Shown piece by piece: positions 38,399-49,621 of a stretch of DNA of 64,000 nt. Where the stretch lies: the NCBI GenBank assembly GCA_965206645.1, contig CBDBKE010000002.1, positions 832,218 through 896,217 on the forward strand, written 5' to 3'. The first letter of the stretch is position 1; each line of letters opens with the position of its first letter. This DNA is from Terriglobia bacterium (GTDB lineage: Bacteria > Acidobacteriota > Terriglobia > JAJPHL01 > JAPKYU01). The position numbers were made by a program, and so were the translations under genes. The notes beneath the pieces are model-generated. The model worked only from the letters and a program-made list of their open reading frames with translations, searched no databases and was not told where the DNA came from.

Positions 38399-40582
38399 TC
38401 ACCTGGCAGTGCGTACTTTCTCGATGGCCTCGAGCATCTGTCCAGTCCATTTCTCCCCGCTGGGGCCGAATCCGCGCTGCATCACCTGCAGCACTCCGTT
38501 GGTGTCAATGATCCAGTTCTGGGGGATGCCGAGCGACGGGAACACGGCGTCCACCAAGGCCTTCGCTGGCAGTACCGGGAAGCTGTAGCTGCCCTTCTTG
38601 AGGAAGGGTTCAATCAGACCGATGTTGTCGTCAATGTTGAAAGTCAGCACCAGGACGTCTTTGCGATCCTCGAATTTCTCATAGAGTTTCTCGACGTGAG
38701 GCATCTCCACCCGGCAGGGCTCGCACCAGGTGGCCCACACGTTGGCGAAAGTCACCTTGCCCTTCAGGTCGTCTAGGGTCCACTTGTTGCCGCCGAGGTC
38801 GGTCAACTCAAACTCCGGCAGTGGCTTCTTGAGTCTGGTCCAGAGGGCTAGCAGGTCAGGCGCCCCCACCGCAGAGGCGTCTAGCTGCTTGCGGCTCAGC
38901 CACGCCTGCCAGCCCTCGTTGGTGCCGCCGTACTGCTTCCACAGTGCCCGGGCCTTTTCGGCCAGTTCATCTTTGGGCCGCCGCGGCATACCTTTCCTGG
39001 GCTGGGGGCGGACCACCAGGGCGTTCTGATAGAAGACCAGCGCGTCCAGCCCGCGTCCTTCCAGCTCGGCCAGGCTTCCCAATCGCTCCCAGTAAGCTGT
39101 CTGGCGCACGGTATGCTGGTACTGCTGGCGCGCCGCGCTCGCGTCCTTGGCGTCTGCCTCCCCGCTCGGTTCCAGCTTTCGCATGAGGGTGTTCATTCGC
39201 TGGACCGCATCGCGCGCGGTGCAGGCGTCCTCCAGTTTGAGGGCCACATCGGCTGCTATCCTCCAGCCAACCCACTCCAGCTGGAGATGCCTGGTTTCCG
39301 AGTCCAGGAAGCCCGGTGGCGGAACCGAGAGGTCCGTCGGGGAAGGGATGCGCATTCCCTGTTCCAACTCCGCGATGCCCTCCGCCAACAATTCCGCTGC
39401 CCGCTCGGGACGGACACCCTTCATGGCGTATAGCTCGGCGACCTGCAGCTCCAGGGGCAAGATGTCGAATGTTCCGCTCTTGTCCGTGGCCTTCAGCAAA
39501 CCTTCGGCGGCATCCTCAACCACGGCGGCCGACACCTCCTCGGCCCGCAGCACGGCGGTGAAACGATAGTGCCGGCCCATAAAGCTCTCAGGCCACTTCC
39601 GCACCCATTCTCCGGTGGCTTTGACCAGCGCCTGCTGGTGAGCCTTGTGCTTTGCGGGTGGGTCGCCGGGTTTGGGGTACGGGTTTTTCTTCGTCCATTC
39701 CCCACGAGCGTTAGAGGGGCCGGCGCTGTTGGGCATGAAGTTGGTCCGCAACTGTTCTCTGACCCATTCCACATTCTGGGTGTCGCCCACCAGCCGGTAG
39801 CCTTCGCTCAGGGGCAACAGGTAGTCCGGGCTGTTACCCGGGTCGGCGGCCCGCAACCGCTTGAGGTCGTCGGCTACCTGCCGGCGCAGCGCCTCGTGCT
39901 CGCCCGAAGGCCGCAACCGGAATTCCAGCGCCCACAAGGCGCTGTAAGCGCGCGCCGCTTCCGGCTCAGTGGCGTCCCGAAGCAGCAGCCGCAATCTCTC
40001 AGCGGCCCCTCGCGTGAAATCCGATGGTTCCATCGAACGCAGGAAACCGTACCCCTCCAGCGACGCCGGGCACGCCTCAAGGAAGGCCTCCAGGTGCCGG
40101 CTCGCCTTGTTGGGGTCGCGGAAGGCTGGCGCCTGGTAGATTTTGACCAGGGCCAGGTGCGGCCAGGGGAAATGCGGCCACCGGCTGAGCTGCTTCTCCA
40201 GCTGCGTGATGGCTTCTTTCGTTTGCACGCCGATCAGGGCCCGGGCAGCCAGGTAAGCGTAGAGCGTGTCACCCGGATGCTGCTCGGCCAGTTTGCGATA
40301 GCGGCCGATGGACCGCTCGAAATCTTTGGATCCCGGGAACCCGGTGGCATCCTGGTAGGCGCGGTGCACAAACAGGTCGCCGGGGAACCGGTCAAGCAGC
40401 GTCTCAAGCATGGAGCCCCGCTCGGGCGAAGGAAGTGGCAACTCCCGCAGCGCCTGCTTCACAGGCGGTGACGGCTCGCAGGGGACGCTCCCGATTTCTG
40501 CCCTCCCAGCGGTCGCCAGCAGGAGCGTGAATCCCAATCCGGCAACAACTGCCGGCTTGAACTTAGAGGAGTGGTGTTCCAT
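38399..40582 (-). CDS. Secreted TlpA-like thiol-disulfide oxidoreductase with helical-repeat N-terminus
   Basis: Signal peptide; LPEFELTDL, NVWATWCEPCRVEMP, GIP..WIID. Confidence 0.8.
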   Translation of the reverse strand: MEHHSSKFKPAVVAGLGFTLLLATAGRAEIGSVPCEPSPPVKQALRELPLPSPERGSMLETLLDRFPGDLFVHRAYQDATGFPGSKDFERSIGRYRKLAEQHPGDTLYAYLAARALIGVQTKEAITQLEKQLSRWPHFPWPHLALVKIYQAPAFRDPNKASRHLEAFLEACPASLEGYGFLRSMEPSDFTRGAAERLRLLLRDATEPEAARAYSALWALEFRLRPSGEHEALRRQVADDLKRLRAADPGNSPDYLLPLSEGYRLVGDTQNVEWVREQLRTNFMPNSAGPSNARGEWTKKNPYPKPGDPPAKHKAHQQALVKATGEWVRKWPESFMGRHYRFTAVLRAEEVSAAVVEDAAEGLLKATDKSGTFDILPLELQVAELYAMKGVRPERAAELLAEGIAELEQGMRIPSPTDLSVPPPGFLDSETRHLQLEWVGWRIAADVALKLEDACTARDAVQRMNTLMRKLEPSGEADAKDASAARQQYQHTVRQTAYWERLGSLAELEGRGLDALVFYQNALVVRPQPRKGMPRRPKDELAEKARALWKQYGGTNEGWQAWLSRKQLDASAVGAPDLLALWTRLKKPLPEFELTDLGGNKWTLDDLKGKVTFANVWATWCEPCRVEMPHVEKLYEKFEDRKDVLVLTFNIDDNIGLIEPFLKKGSYSFPVLPAKALVDAVFPSLGIPQNWIIDTNGVLQVMQRGFGPSGEKWTGQMLEAIEKVRTAR

Positions 40583-40634
40583 AGCCTGCTCCCTCCGAGG
40601 AAACTGGCCCTAATTATGCCACCTCCCAGTCCCG

Positions 40635-41123
40635 CTAGGGCGAGTTCCGGAAGTGGGGCAGGAGGCGGCGATAGGTGGTGGGCAGGTCTTCTGGCAGAAC
40701 GCGGGTTTCGCCCACAACGGTCATGAAGTTCGAATCGGCAAACCAACGGGGCAGCAGGTGGAGGTGGAGATGGCCGGCGATGCCGGCTCCGGCACACTGG
40801 CCGATGTTGATGCCGACGTTAAAACCGTCCGGGCGGTACTCGGCGCGCAGGGCGCGCTCGGCCACCTGCGCCAGCCGCATCATTTCGGCTAGCGTTTCCG
40901 GCGCCATCCCCGACAAGTCCGGCACGTGGTCGTAGGGCACGATCATCAAGTGCCCGGTGCTGTAGGGGTAGAGGTTGAGCAGGACGTAGTTCCAACGCCC
41001 ACGGTGGAGGATGTAGCTCTCCCGGTCTTGCGAGTTCTGCAGGTGCGCGCAGAAGATACAATCGGAAGGCTCCGGGCCCTGGCTCACATACTGGTAGCGC
41101 CAGGGGCTCCAGAGGTAGTCCAT
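40635..41123 (-). CDS. HIT-family nucleotide hydrolase (Ap4A phosphorylase-like)
   Basis: WSPWR..Y, CIFC, LNLYPYSTGHLMIVP, HLHLHLLPR. Confidence 0.9.
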   Translation of the reverse strand: MDYLWSPWRYQYVSQGPEPSDCIFCAHLQNSQDRESYILHRGRWNYVLLNLYPYSTGHLMIVPYDHVPDLSGMAPETLAEMMRLAQVAERALRAEYRPDGFNVGINIGQCAGAGIAGHLHLHLLPRWFADSNFMTVVGETRVLPEDLPTTYRRLLPHFRNSP

Positions 41124-41132
41124 AGTGGACGG

Positions 41133-41480
41133 TCAGCTGGAGGCTGCCGAAGTGGGCTGCGGCGGCTGCGCTGGTTCCGGCGACGTTTGGGCTCCCGCTC
41201 CGGCGTTGGCATTGATCAGATCCTTCAGTTCCTTGCTGGGCTTAAAGAAGGGAATCTTCTTGGCCGGCACTTCCACCTTCTCGCCGGTCTTCGGGTTGCG
41301 GCCGGTGCGCGGTTTGCGCTGCCGCGTGCGGAAGCTGCCAAAGCCGCGAATCTCAATCTTTTCATCGCGTCGCAGCGCCCGGACCACGCTGTCAAAAACG
41401 GTTTCCACAATGGACTCGGAGTCCTTGCGGGTCATTTCCACTGCTCGGGAGACTTCATCGATCAGATCCGCTTTGGTCAT
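41133..41480 (-). CDS. ihfB: Integration host factor beta / HU-family protein
   Basis: MTKADLI, IEIRGFGSF, GRNPKTG, PFFKPSKELK. Downstream of rpsA. Confidence 0.85.
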   Translation of the reverse strand: MTKADLIDEVSRAVEMTRKDSESIVETVFDSVVRALRRDEKIEIRGFGSFRTRQRKPRTGRNPKTGEKVEVPAKKIPFFKPSKELKDLINANAGAGAQTSPEPAQPPQPTSAASS

Positions 41481-41608
41481 AACAGTATTCCCCAGCGCCT
41501 TTCGCAAGAAAGCCCTTATTTACTAGGAAAACAGTCGCCGATGCAACCCCTGTTTAGGGAGTAGGAGGGGTGCGCCGCGGCACGCCCCGCCCCCTGCGCA
41601 AATCACTG

Positions 41609-43369
41609 TCAACTTTCCGTTTGCGAGCCACCCCGTTCCTTCAAGCCGACCATCTCTTCCAGAGTGGACGTGGCGCCGGGGCCCTGCTGTTGCAGGTATT
41701 CCTCGATATCGCGGCGCTCGGCCTCCGTAGCAACTGCGCGCAGGCTCAACCCGATCTTCTTTTCTGCCGGGTTCAGCTTGATGATCTTGAAGTCGTATTC
41801 CCGCTCGAGTTCCAACAGGTCAGCGGCCTGCGGACGATTTTGAGGCGTGCCCGAAGGCAGTTCCGAAATGTGACAGAGCCCTTCGACTCCCTCGGCCAGT
41901 TCGACAAATGCGCCAAAGGAAGCCAACCGCGTCACACGCCCCCGCACCACGTCCCCCAATTGGTACTGGGCGAAGAACGATTCCCACGTGTCCGGTTGCA
42001 GTTGCTTGATGCCCAGCGAGAGGCGCCGGTTTTCGGCGTCAATGTGGAGGATGACGGCTTCCACTTTGTCCCCTTTGCGGAGCGCCTCCGAGGGGTTCTT
42101 GATGCGCTTGTTCCGCGAGATGTCGCTGACGTGGACTAGGCCGTCAATGCCCTCTTCCACCTCGATGAAGGCGCCAAAATCCGTCAGGTTGCGGACGCGG
42201 CCCTTGACGCGGTCACCTACCTGATATCGCTCGGCCAGCGTGTCCCAGGGGTTGGGCTCGGTCTGCCGGAGGCTGAGGGAGATGCGCCGCTCAGCGGGGT
42301 GGACATCCAGGATGTCGGCTTCCACCATGCCGCCAATCGAGACAATCTTGGACGGGTGCTTCAGCCGCTTGCTCCAAGTCATCTCGGAAATGTGGATCAG
42401 GCCTTCCATACCCGGTTCCAGCTCCACGAACGCGCCGTAATCAGCAACGCTGACCACTTTACCCCGCACACGATAGCCCACCGGGTATTTCTCCGCGGCG
42501 TTGGTCCACGGGTCCTGGTAAAGCTGCTTGAGGCCGAGCGAGACCCGCTCTTTGTCCCGGTCGAGTTTGAGCACCACCACATCCACTTCGTCATTCACCT
42601 GCAGGATTTCCGATGGGTGGTTCACCCGCCCCCAGGACAAATCGGTGACGTGCAACAGACCGTCGATGCCACCCAGATCAATGAATACACCGTAATCGGT
42701 GATGTTCTTCACCGCGCCGCGGACCACCGCCCCTTCGAACAGCGCGTTGAGCGTGCGCTCCTTGCGGAGCGCGCTTTCCTCCTCCAGGAGGAGTTTGCGC
42801 GACACGACGATATTGCCGCGTTTCCGGTTCAGTTTGATCACTCTCACCTGGATCTGCTGGCCTCGGAGGGCATCCAAGTGACGTACCGGCTTCGTGTCCA
42901 CCTGCGAGCCGGGTAGAAAGGCGCGGACCCCGACATCCACCGACAGCCCGCCCTTGATTCGGTCAATCACTCGCCCGCTCAACGCTGTCTGTTGCTGGTA
43001 GGCGCGCTCGATCTCCTCCCAGACCTTAATGCGCGCCGCTTTCTCCCGCGAAAGCCGGATGTAGCCTTCGTGCTCTGCGGGATTTTCCAGGATGACATCT
43101 ACTTGGTCGCCGACCTGGACGGTGATGTTCCCCTCCTGGTCGCGGAATTGCCGGACTGGGATCAGCCCCTCGCACTTGTACCCAACGTCCACAATGACCT
43201 CGTTCTCTGTGATTTTGAGAATCCGGCCCGGCAAAAGGTCGCCTTGCTGAATGGAGGCGGAAGCAGAGTAGGAATCCAGCAATTTCTGGTAGTCTTCGGC
43301 GGTGCTGTTGGCGGAAGTTGCGCTGTGCTCCGTTTGCGTGCGCTTCAGCAACTCCTGTTCGCCTGCCAC
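41609..43369 (-). CDS. rpsA: 30S ribosomal protein S1
   Basis: Six S1 repeats (DYGVFIDLGGIDGLLHVTDLSW etc.). GTG start after AGGAGG. Confidence 0.95.
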   Translation of the reverse strand: MAGEQELLKRTQTEHSATSANSTAEDYQKLLDSYSASASIQQGDLLPGRILKITENEVIVDVGYKCEGLIPVRQFRDQEGNITVQVGDQVDVILENPAEHEGYIRLSREKAARIKVWEEIERAYQQQTALSGRVIDRIKGGLSVDVGVRAFLPGSQVDTKPVRHLDALRGQQIQVRVIKLNRKRGNIVVSRKLLLEEESALRKERTLNALFEGAVVRGAVKNITDYGVFIDLGGIDGLLHVTDLSWGRVNHPSEILQVNDEVDVVVLKLDRDKERVSLGLKQLYQDPWTNAAEKYPVGYRVRGKVVSVADYGAFVELEPGMEGLIHISEMTWSKRLKHPSKIVSIGGMVEADILDVHPAERRISLSLRQTEPNPWDTLAERYQVGDRVKGRVRNLTDFGAFIEVEEGIDGLVHVSDISRNKRIKNPSEALRKGDKVEAVILHIDAENRRLSLGIKQLQPDTWESFFAQYQLGDVVRGRVTRLASFGAFVELAEGVEGLCHISELPSGTPQNRPQAADLLELEREYDFKIIKLNPAEKKIGLSLRAVATEAERRDIEEYLQQQGPGATSTLEEMVGLKERGGSQTES

Positions 43370-43734
43370 TGTGGCTTGCCTCCTAAAAAGACCTGTCTTC
43401 TTGTCTGCCTTACGGAGATCTGGTAGCCGCCGCCGCACCCTCAGGCCTGGGTAGCGGTGCTCGCGGGCTGGCCTGTTGCCAAATCATTGGCCCGGAAGTC
43501 AAATACTCTCCCTCGAACTAACGGAATCTGTGTCCTGCCAATTCATGGGTACATTGCATGGATACGTGGCGTAAAGCCACTATATCGAATTCACCCAGCG
43601 GTGTCAACGAACGGTCCGACTACCGCCGTCGCCCGCAGGCAAGCCAAAAGAGGTGCCTCGGCCCCCAGCCACGTTCTTACAAACTCTCGTCGAAGTCAAC
43701 GGCCGAGTCGGCTGGATTCGCGGTCCAGGAAGAG

Positions 43735-44139
43735 TTACAGGAGAGCGGGGTCCAACGCGCCGGCTTCCTCCATAGGAGCGGCGGAGGGTGCTGCCGGAGC
43801 CGAGGTCCCGGAGCCCGGCAGATGCGCCAGCAACAGCTCGCGCGACCCCCCGAAATAATGTTCCAGCAGTCGCGCCAGAGCTGCTTCGCGGGCTGCGGCC
43901 TGCGTGTACACGGCGTCATAGACGTGGGCGCGGCCCGACTTGCGGCGGCTCACGATGCCTTTCCGCGCCAGCCGGTCGAGCACGGTCAGAACGGTCGTGT
44001 ACGCCAGCGCGCGGCGCGGCAGCAGTCCCTCGCGAATGTCGCGCACCGTCAACGAGCCGTTGTCCCACAGCACGTTCATGCATTCCAGTTCCAGTTCGGG
44101 CAGGTCCCTTCGACGGCCGGTTCCAGGCTTACGGGACAT
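43735..44139 (-). CDS. BlaI/MecI/CopY-family transcriptional regulator
   Basis: ELECMNVLW, TVRDI, LAYTTVLTVLDRLARKG, RAHVY, FGGS. Confidence 0.88.
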   Translation of the reverse strand: MSRKPGTGRRRDLPELELECMNVLWDNGSLTVRDIREGLLPRRALAYTTVLTVLDRLARKGIVSRRKSGRAHVYDAVYTQAAAREAALARLLEHYFGGSRELLLAHLPGSGTSAPAAPSAAPMEEAGALDPALL

Positions 44140-44265
44140 CGCTATTCCTCCGAGTTCTGGGCCGGGGCGCAAGAGGCAGCCGGGAAGGAGTGGAGGAAGC
44201 TGGGGCAGCAGGTGGCAAACCAGAACGGATTTCACGCAACTTCCACAGCCCGCTCAGACTCCGCG

Positions 44266-45378
44266 CTACTCTTCCTTTGGCTTTTTTCGCCGCCAGGGAG
44301 GAAGCCAGGAGCGCTTTCCACGCCTGTCCTTGGGCGCAATCAGCTCATCCTCGCTGATGTCCCTCGGGGTCAGCCGGGCGTAGTCCGGGTTGGCGGGAGC
44401 TCCGGTGTCAACATAGCCGGCTTTCACCTCGATATAGGCTTGCTCGCGGAGCTTGGTCAGGAACTTCCGCAGCCCCGGCTGCATCTCCTGCATGTATAGC
44501 ATCTCTCGAATCTGTGGCTCGGCCGCGGCCAGCGGCGGGATGCCGCCCTCGTGTTTCGCTTCGACTTTAATCACCAGCCATCCATACTTGGTCCGGATCA
44601 GGTCGCTGGTCTCCCCTCTGTTCAGGCGAAACGCGACATCTTCGATTTCTTTGGCCAGCTGGCCTCGGCGGAAGAAGCCGATGTCGCCGCCGCGGGTCTT
44701 GGCGGTGACGCCGTCGGAGTACTCCTCGGCCAGTTCGACAAAGTCGCGGTCCGTACGGACCTTCTCCAGGACCTCACCGGCGCGCTTCTCAGCAGCTTCC
44801 AACTCGGCGCCTTCCTTTCCCTCGGTGGAGATCAGGATTTCTCGGATGCGCACCTGCTCCGGCTGGTCAAACTTGTTCTTGTTTTCCTCGTAATATTTCG
44901 CGATCTCCTCTTGCCGGATCTTGATATTCGAGCCGACTTCCTGCCCGATGATCTGCTGGGTCATCAATTGGGTCTTGATGCCGGACTTGAAGTCCTCGTA
45001 ACTCAGCCCCTGCGCCGTGACTGCCTGCTCCAGATCCTCCACGGTTTTCAGACCTGCGTCTTTACGGATTTGGTCCAGGCGTTTGATCACCTCGATGTCC
45101 ACGTTCACGTTCATTTGCTTGGCGCGTTGCTCGAGCAGCAACTGGTCGATCAAATTGCGCAGTACCTCCCTTTCCCGCTCGGCAAAGGCAGCTTCCAATT
45201 TCACGGTCTGCCCGGGAAACTGCCGCTGCAATTCCTGGCGCAGAGATCCCCGGCTGTTTTCTAGGTCGGACTTGGTGACGATTTCATCGTTCACCTTAGC
45301 GACAATTTCCTCGACGATCTCGCCGGCGGCAGCCGGCCCGCTCCAGGCCAACCATAAACAGAGCAGCAACCAGTACAC
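44266..45378 (-). CDS. SurA/PpiC-type peptidyl-prolyl isomerase
   Basis: IVAKVNDEIVT, REILIS, F.ELAEEYSD, GGDIG, IRTKYGW. Confidence 0.9.
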   Translation of the reverse strand: MYWLLLCLWLAWSGPAAAGEIVEEIVAKVNDEIVTKSDLENSRGSLRQELQRQFPGQTVKLEAAFAEREREVLRNLIDQLLLEQRAKQMNVNVDIEVIKRLDQIRKDAGLKTVEDLEQAVTAQGLSYEDFKSGIKTQLMTQQIIGQEVGSNIKIRQEEIAKYYEENKNKFDQPEQVRIREILISTEGKEGAELEAAEKRAGEVLEKVRTDRDFVELAEEYSDGVTAKTRGGDIGFFRRGQLAKEIEDVAFRLNRGETSDLIRTKYGWLVIKVEAKHEGGIPPLAAAEPQIREMLYMQEMQPGLRKFLTKLREQAYIEVKAGYVDTGAPANPDYARLTPRDISEDELIAPKDRRGKRSWLPPWRRKKPKEE

Positions 45379-45521
45379 GGCACACCTCTCAACGGGCTTC
45401 TGTCCCTACTTTACCCGCACCGGCGCGATGGCGGCAAGGTCCAAGTCGCAGGCGCCCGCTCCTGGCGGGCAAACGGCTGGAAATGTTTAGGATCAGCATA
45501 CCGGCAGGGGTGCGGCACCTT

Positions 45522-48500
45522 TCACAGGTGCGCAGGAGAAGGATCGGGAGTTGCCCGCTGCAACTGCTCGAGCAGCCGCTGGACTTCCTCCAGGGCTCTG
45601 GTGCGATTCGGGCCGATCGGGATGCGCAGAATGCCGGCCGGGGTGAACTGCGCTCCCGGACGCGAGGCCACCAGTTTCATCAATCGTTCCAGATCCACCG
45701 GTGAGTTTTCGCCGAAGCGGATGCTCAGGAAGTCTCGCTTGCGATCGATGGAATGAATCTGAAGTTGCCCGGCAAGGAGCTTCAGTCCGGCATATTCCAG
45801 CAGGTTCCGAACCGGCCCCGGTGGTGGCCCATAACGATCCGCCAGTTCTCGTTCCAGGGCAGTGCGCTCCTCCAGGCTGGCCACGCTGGCCAGCCGCCGA
45901 TACATGCGGAGACGCTGCCCTTCCTCGGGGACGTACCCCGGCGGGATGCGGATATCGAGACCCAGGTGAATGGAAGTTTCCACCTCTGCGGGCAGCAGCT
46001 CCTCGCCCTTCAGCTCGCGGACCGCACGCTCCATCATCTGGCAGTAGAGGTCGAACCCCACGGCGTTGACGTGGCCGTGCTGCTGGGAGCCCAGCAAGTT
46101 GCCGGCGCCGCGCAGTTCCAGGTCCAGTGCCGCGATCTTGAACCCGGAACCCAGGTCACTAAACTCTCGCAACGCGCCCAGACGCTTGCGAGCCAGAGGA
46201 GTCAGGTCCCGCCCCTCTGGCACCAGCAGGTAGGCGTAGGCGCGGCGGTTGGAACGGCCCACCCGGCCGCGCAATTGGTAGAGCTCCGAGAGGCCATAGC
46301 GATCCGCCCGGTTCACCAGGATCGTGTTGCAGCGGGGAATATCCAGGCCGTTCTCGATGATGGTAGTGGAGACCAGCACGTCCAACTCGTGGCGCACAAA
46401 GCGCAGCATCACCCGTTCCAGCTCACGCTCCTTCATCTGTCCGTGAGCCACCCCGGTCCGCGCCCGGGGAACCAATTTCCGAACTAAGGCGGCGATGGAG
46501 GGGATGGTGTCCACCCGGTTGTGCACGAAGTAGACCTGCCCGTTGCGGGCCAGCTCCTGCTCGATGGCGCTCCGGATCACACCTTCCTGGAAGGGGGTCA
46601 CGACAGTCTGGATGCTGAGGCGATCCTTTGGCGGGGTTTCGATGACGGAAGTATCCCGCAGGCCCACCAGCGACATGTGCAAGGTGCGGGGAATCGGCGT
46701 GGCCGACATGGTCAACACATCCACCTGCTGGCGCATCTGCTTGACGCGCTCCTTGTGGCGAACCCCAAACCGTTGCTCTTCGTCAACAACCAGAAGGCCC
46801 AGGTCGCGGAACACAACGTCGGTGGAAAGCAGCCGGTGGGTCCCGATGACAATGTCCACCTTGCCCAGCTCCAGCTCTTTTAGAATCTGGTTCTGTTCCC
46901 GGGCGTTTCGGAGCCGGCTCAGCATCTCGACGCGAACGGGAAAGGGAGCAAAGCGCTGGCGGAAAGTCTCCATATGCTGGAACACCAGGACGGTGGTCGG
47001 CGCCAGCACGGCCACCTGCCGGTTGTCCTGCACCACCTTGAAGGCCGCGCGCACGGCGACTTCTGTTTTTCCATATCCCACATCCCCGCACAGCAATCGG
47101 TCCATCGGTTCCGGCTTCTCCAAATCGCGCTTGACGTCGGCGATGGCGCTTAGCTGATCGGGGGTTTCGCCGAACTCGAAGGCGTCTTCAAACTCGCGCT
47201 GCCAGTGGGTGTCAGCGCTGGATGCGATTCCGCTGACCAACTTGCGCTGGGCGTAGAGCTTCAGCAGCTCTTCGGCCATGTCGCGGAGGGATTTTCGGAC
47301 GCGCGCCTTGGTGCGCTCCCAACTAATGCCACCCAATTTGTCCAGTTGTGGCCGGGCGCCTTCCAGGCCGCGATACTTCTGCACCAGATCCAAGCGCTCC
47401 AGCGGGAGGTAGAGCCGGGCCTGGTCGGCGTATTCCAGGAGCATGAATTCGCCCTGCGAGCCGTTCTCTCCTACCTGGATCTCTTTCAGGCCCTGGTAGC
47501 GTCCTACGCCGTGGTCCCGGTGCACCACGTAGTCGCCCACCTGCAGGTCACGGAGATCGGAAAGCAAAGCGGACAGCCGCGAGGGACCAGGCGCCACCCG
47601 CGGCCGCCTGGCCACCAGGTCCCAGGTCTCGAACAGGTCCTGGGTGCCGAATATCGCCAGTCGGTTGTTGGGCAACAGGACGCCGCGCGGCACCGCACCC
47701 TTTAGAATGACCATCGAGGTCACGGGCGTGGCAATGTAGGCTTTTTCTTCCAGGTAACCATCGGTGCCCGGGGGCACCTGACGCACCCCAACTTGGTAGG
47801 CAAGTCCGTACTCGGAAAAAATGTCGGACAGGCGTTCCACATCGCCGGTGGTACCGGCAAAGAACACGATGCGGTACCCCTGCGTAACCAGTCGGCGAAG
47901 CTCCTCCGTGCACTGTTTCACGTTGCCATGGAAGCGGGGAGCCGGCTGGCTGGCCAGAGCGAATTCCTGCAGTGTGGCGTCGGGCTCCGGTGGGGTCAGC
48001 CCCAGTTCTTCCAGGTAAACCCGCCGGGTTGCCGCCAAACGGGCCTTCATTTCCTCGCTGCTCAGATAAAGCTGCTCGGGGCGAACCTGCGCGTGCCGGC
48101 CGGCTTGCTGGAATTCTGCCTCCAGGCGCCCGGCCAGCCGTTCCAGTTCGGCGAAGGCACTCTGGGGCTCTTCCGCGATGACCAGGGGATCGGCAGTCAG
48201 GTCGAAGACCGTGCCTGTGAGGGGTCTGACCAGAGGCACCAGGAACTCCCAGCCGGGGAATGGCTCCCCTGGCGCGTAGCGGGCCTCTTCATGCCGGTAG
48301 AACTTCTCCGCCAGCGACGCTACAAGGTCGTGGTGCAAGGGAAAATCGGTGAGAGGAAGCAGCGTGACTTCTTCGCGTGGGCCGGTCGAGCGCTGGCTGG
48401 CTACGTCAAATTCGCGGATGGATTCCAGCTCGTCGCCGAAAAACTCCAGCCGGACCGGACGCGGGCACTCGGGGGAGAAGACGTCCACGATCCCGCCCCG

Positions 48501-49055
48501 TACCGAAAACTGCCCTACCATCTCCACCGGTTCCCGGCGGAGATAACCCACCGCTTCCAGGTGGGCGACCAGCGCTTCCAGCGGGAGCGCATCGCCCCGA
48601 CGCACGACCTGGGCCAACTCTGCGTAGAACTCTGGCGGCTGCAGCCGCATGGCCGCGGCCGCCAGCGGAGCCACCACCAGTCGGGCCTGTCCCCGGGCCA
48701 GCTTCCACAGCGCAATCGCTCGCTTCTCGCAGATATCCGGGTGGGGTGAGAGTCCCTCGTAGGGCAGCGTGTCATGAGCAGGCAGCAGCACCACGTCACC
48801 GCGGCCCGCTGCGGGGTTCAGTAGCTTGTAAAAGGTTTCCAGAACGTCAAAGGCGGCCTCGGCCTGTTTGTTGTCAGCGGTGAACAACAGCGCCGGGCGA
48901 GCTGCGGCGCGGGCCAGTAGTGATGCGTAGAGCCACCGAGCAGTGTCGGTGAGCCCGGTCAGGCGCAGCGTTCCGTGCGTTGGTCTTAGCCCTGTCCGAA
49001 ACACTTCGACCTTTTCCAGTTCCAGGAAAAGGTCTCGGACGAACGGCAGAAGCAT
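45522..49055 (-). CDS. mfd: Transcription-repair coupling factor
   Basis: RGGIVDVF, CarD domain, MDRLLCGDVGYGKTE, DEEQRFG, QLRGRVGR, DLELRGAGNLLG. Confidence 0.98.
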   Translation of the reverse strand: MLLPFVRDLFLELEKVEVFRTGLRPTHGTLRLTGLTDTARWLYASLLARAAARPALLFTADNKQAEAAFDVLETFYKLLNPAAGRGDVVLLPAHDTLPYEGLSPHPDICEKRAIALWKLARGQARLVVAPLAAAAMRLQPPEFYAELAQVVRRGDALPLEALVAHLEAVGYLRREPVEMVGQFSVRGGIVDVFSPECPRPVRLEFFGDELESIREFDVASQRSTGPREEVTLLPLTDFPLHHDLVASLAEKFYRHEEARYAPGEPFPGWEFLVPLVRPLTGTVFDLTADPLVIAEEPQSAFAELERLAGRLEAEFQQAGRHAQVRPEQLYLSSEEMKARLAATRRVYLEELGLTPPEPDATLQEFALASQPAPRFHGNVKQCTEELRRLVTQGYRIVFFAGTTGDVERLSDIFSEYGLAYQVGVRQVPPGTDGYLEEKAYIATPVTSMVILKGAVPRGVLLPNNRLAIFGTQDLFETWDLVARRPRVAPGPSRLSALLSDLRDLQVGDYVVHRDHGVGRYQGLKEIQVGENGSQGEFMLLEYADQARLYLPLERLDLVQKYRGLEGARPQLDKLGGISWERTKARVRKSLRDMAEELLKLYAQRKLVSGIASSADTHWQREFEDAFEFGETPDQLSAIADVKRDLEKPEPMDRLLCGDVGYGKTEVAVRAAFKVVQDNRQVAVLAPTTVLVFQHMETFRQRFAPFPVRVEMLSRLRNAREQNQILKELELGKVDIVIGTHRLLSTDVVFRDLGLLVVDEEQRFGVRHKERVKQMRQQVDVLTMSATPIPRTLHMSLVGLRDTSVIETPPKDRLSIQTVVTPFQEGVIRSAIEQELARNGQVYFVHNRVDTIPSIAALVRKLVPRARTGVAHGQMKERELERVMLRFVRHELDVLVSTTIIENGLDIPRCNTILVNRADRYGLSELYQLRGRVGRSNRRAYAYLLVPEGRDLTPLARKRLGALREFSDLGSGFKIAALDLELRGAGNLLGSQQHGHVNAVGFDLYCQMMERAVRELKGEELLPAEVETSIHLGLDIRIPPGYVPEEGQRLRMYRRLASVASLEERTALERELADRYGPPPGPVRNLLEYAGLKLLAGQLQIHSIDRKRDFLSIRFGENSPVDLERLMKLVASRPGAQFTPAGILRIPIGPNRTRALEEVQRLLEQLQRATPDPSPAHL

Positions 49056-49075
49056 GGGGTGGAGAGTCCTTGGTC

Positions 49076-49621
49076 TTACGCGTCAGGTCCGAAGCCGGCG
49101 TCTCTTTCAGAGGGCCTCGGGCCTCGAACTTTGGACCCCGGCCGATTCGCAAAGCGCTCGCGCACGGTCTGGATGAGGCAGGAGGTGGACCATCCCGGCT
49201 CGAGTTCGGCCGAGACGACGCGCCCGCCACCGGCTTCGACCTCCTCGCGACCCACAATGGCATCGGGACCCCAATCCGCGCCCTTGACCAGCACGTGCGG
49301 CAGTAGTGCAGCGATCAACTCCCGGGGGGTGGGTTCGTCAAAGATGGTAACGAAGTCCACGGCAGCTAGCCCAGCCAGCACCTCAGCCCGCTCCTGTTCA
49401 GGAACCAGCGGGCGGTGCGGGCCTTTCACTAAGCGAACACTGCGGTCGCTGTTGAGACCCACCACTAGTACGTTGCCCAGCGAGCGGCCGTGCTCCAACA
49501 GTGCCACGTGGCCGGGATGAAGCAGGTCGAAGCAGCCGTTGGTGAACGCAACGCGGCGGTTCGCCTTTTTCAGTAAGAGCACGCGCTCCAGTAATTGTTC
49601 CCGGCTTAAGGTTTGTCCCAT
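49076..49621 (-). CDS. rfaE2: D-glycero-beta-D-manno-heptose 1-phosphate adenylyltransferase
   Basis: [34 protein letters not shown]. Confidence 0.9.
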   Translation of the reverse strand: MGQTLSREQLLERVLLLKKANRRVAFTNGCFDLLHPGHVALLEHGRSLGNVLVVGLNSDRSVRLVKGPHRPLVPEQERAEVLAGLAAVDFVTIFDEPTPRELIAALLPHVLVKGADWGPDAIVGREEVEAGGGRVVSAELEPGWSTSCLIQTVRERFANRPGSKVRGPRPSERDAGFGPDA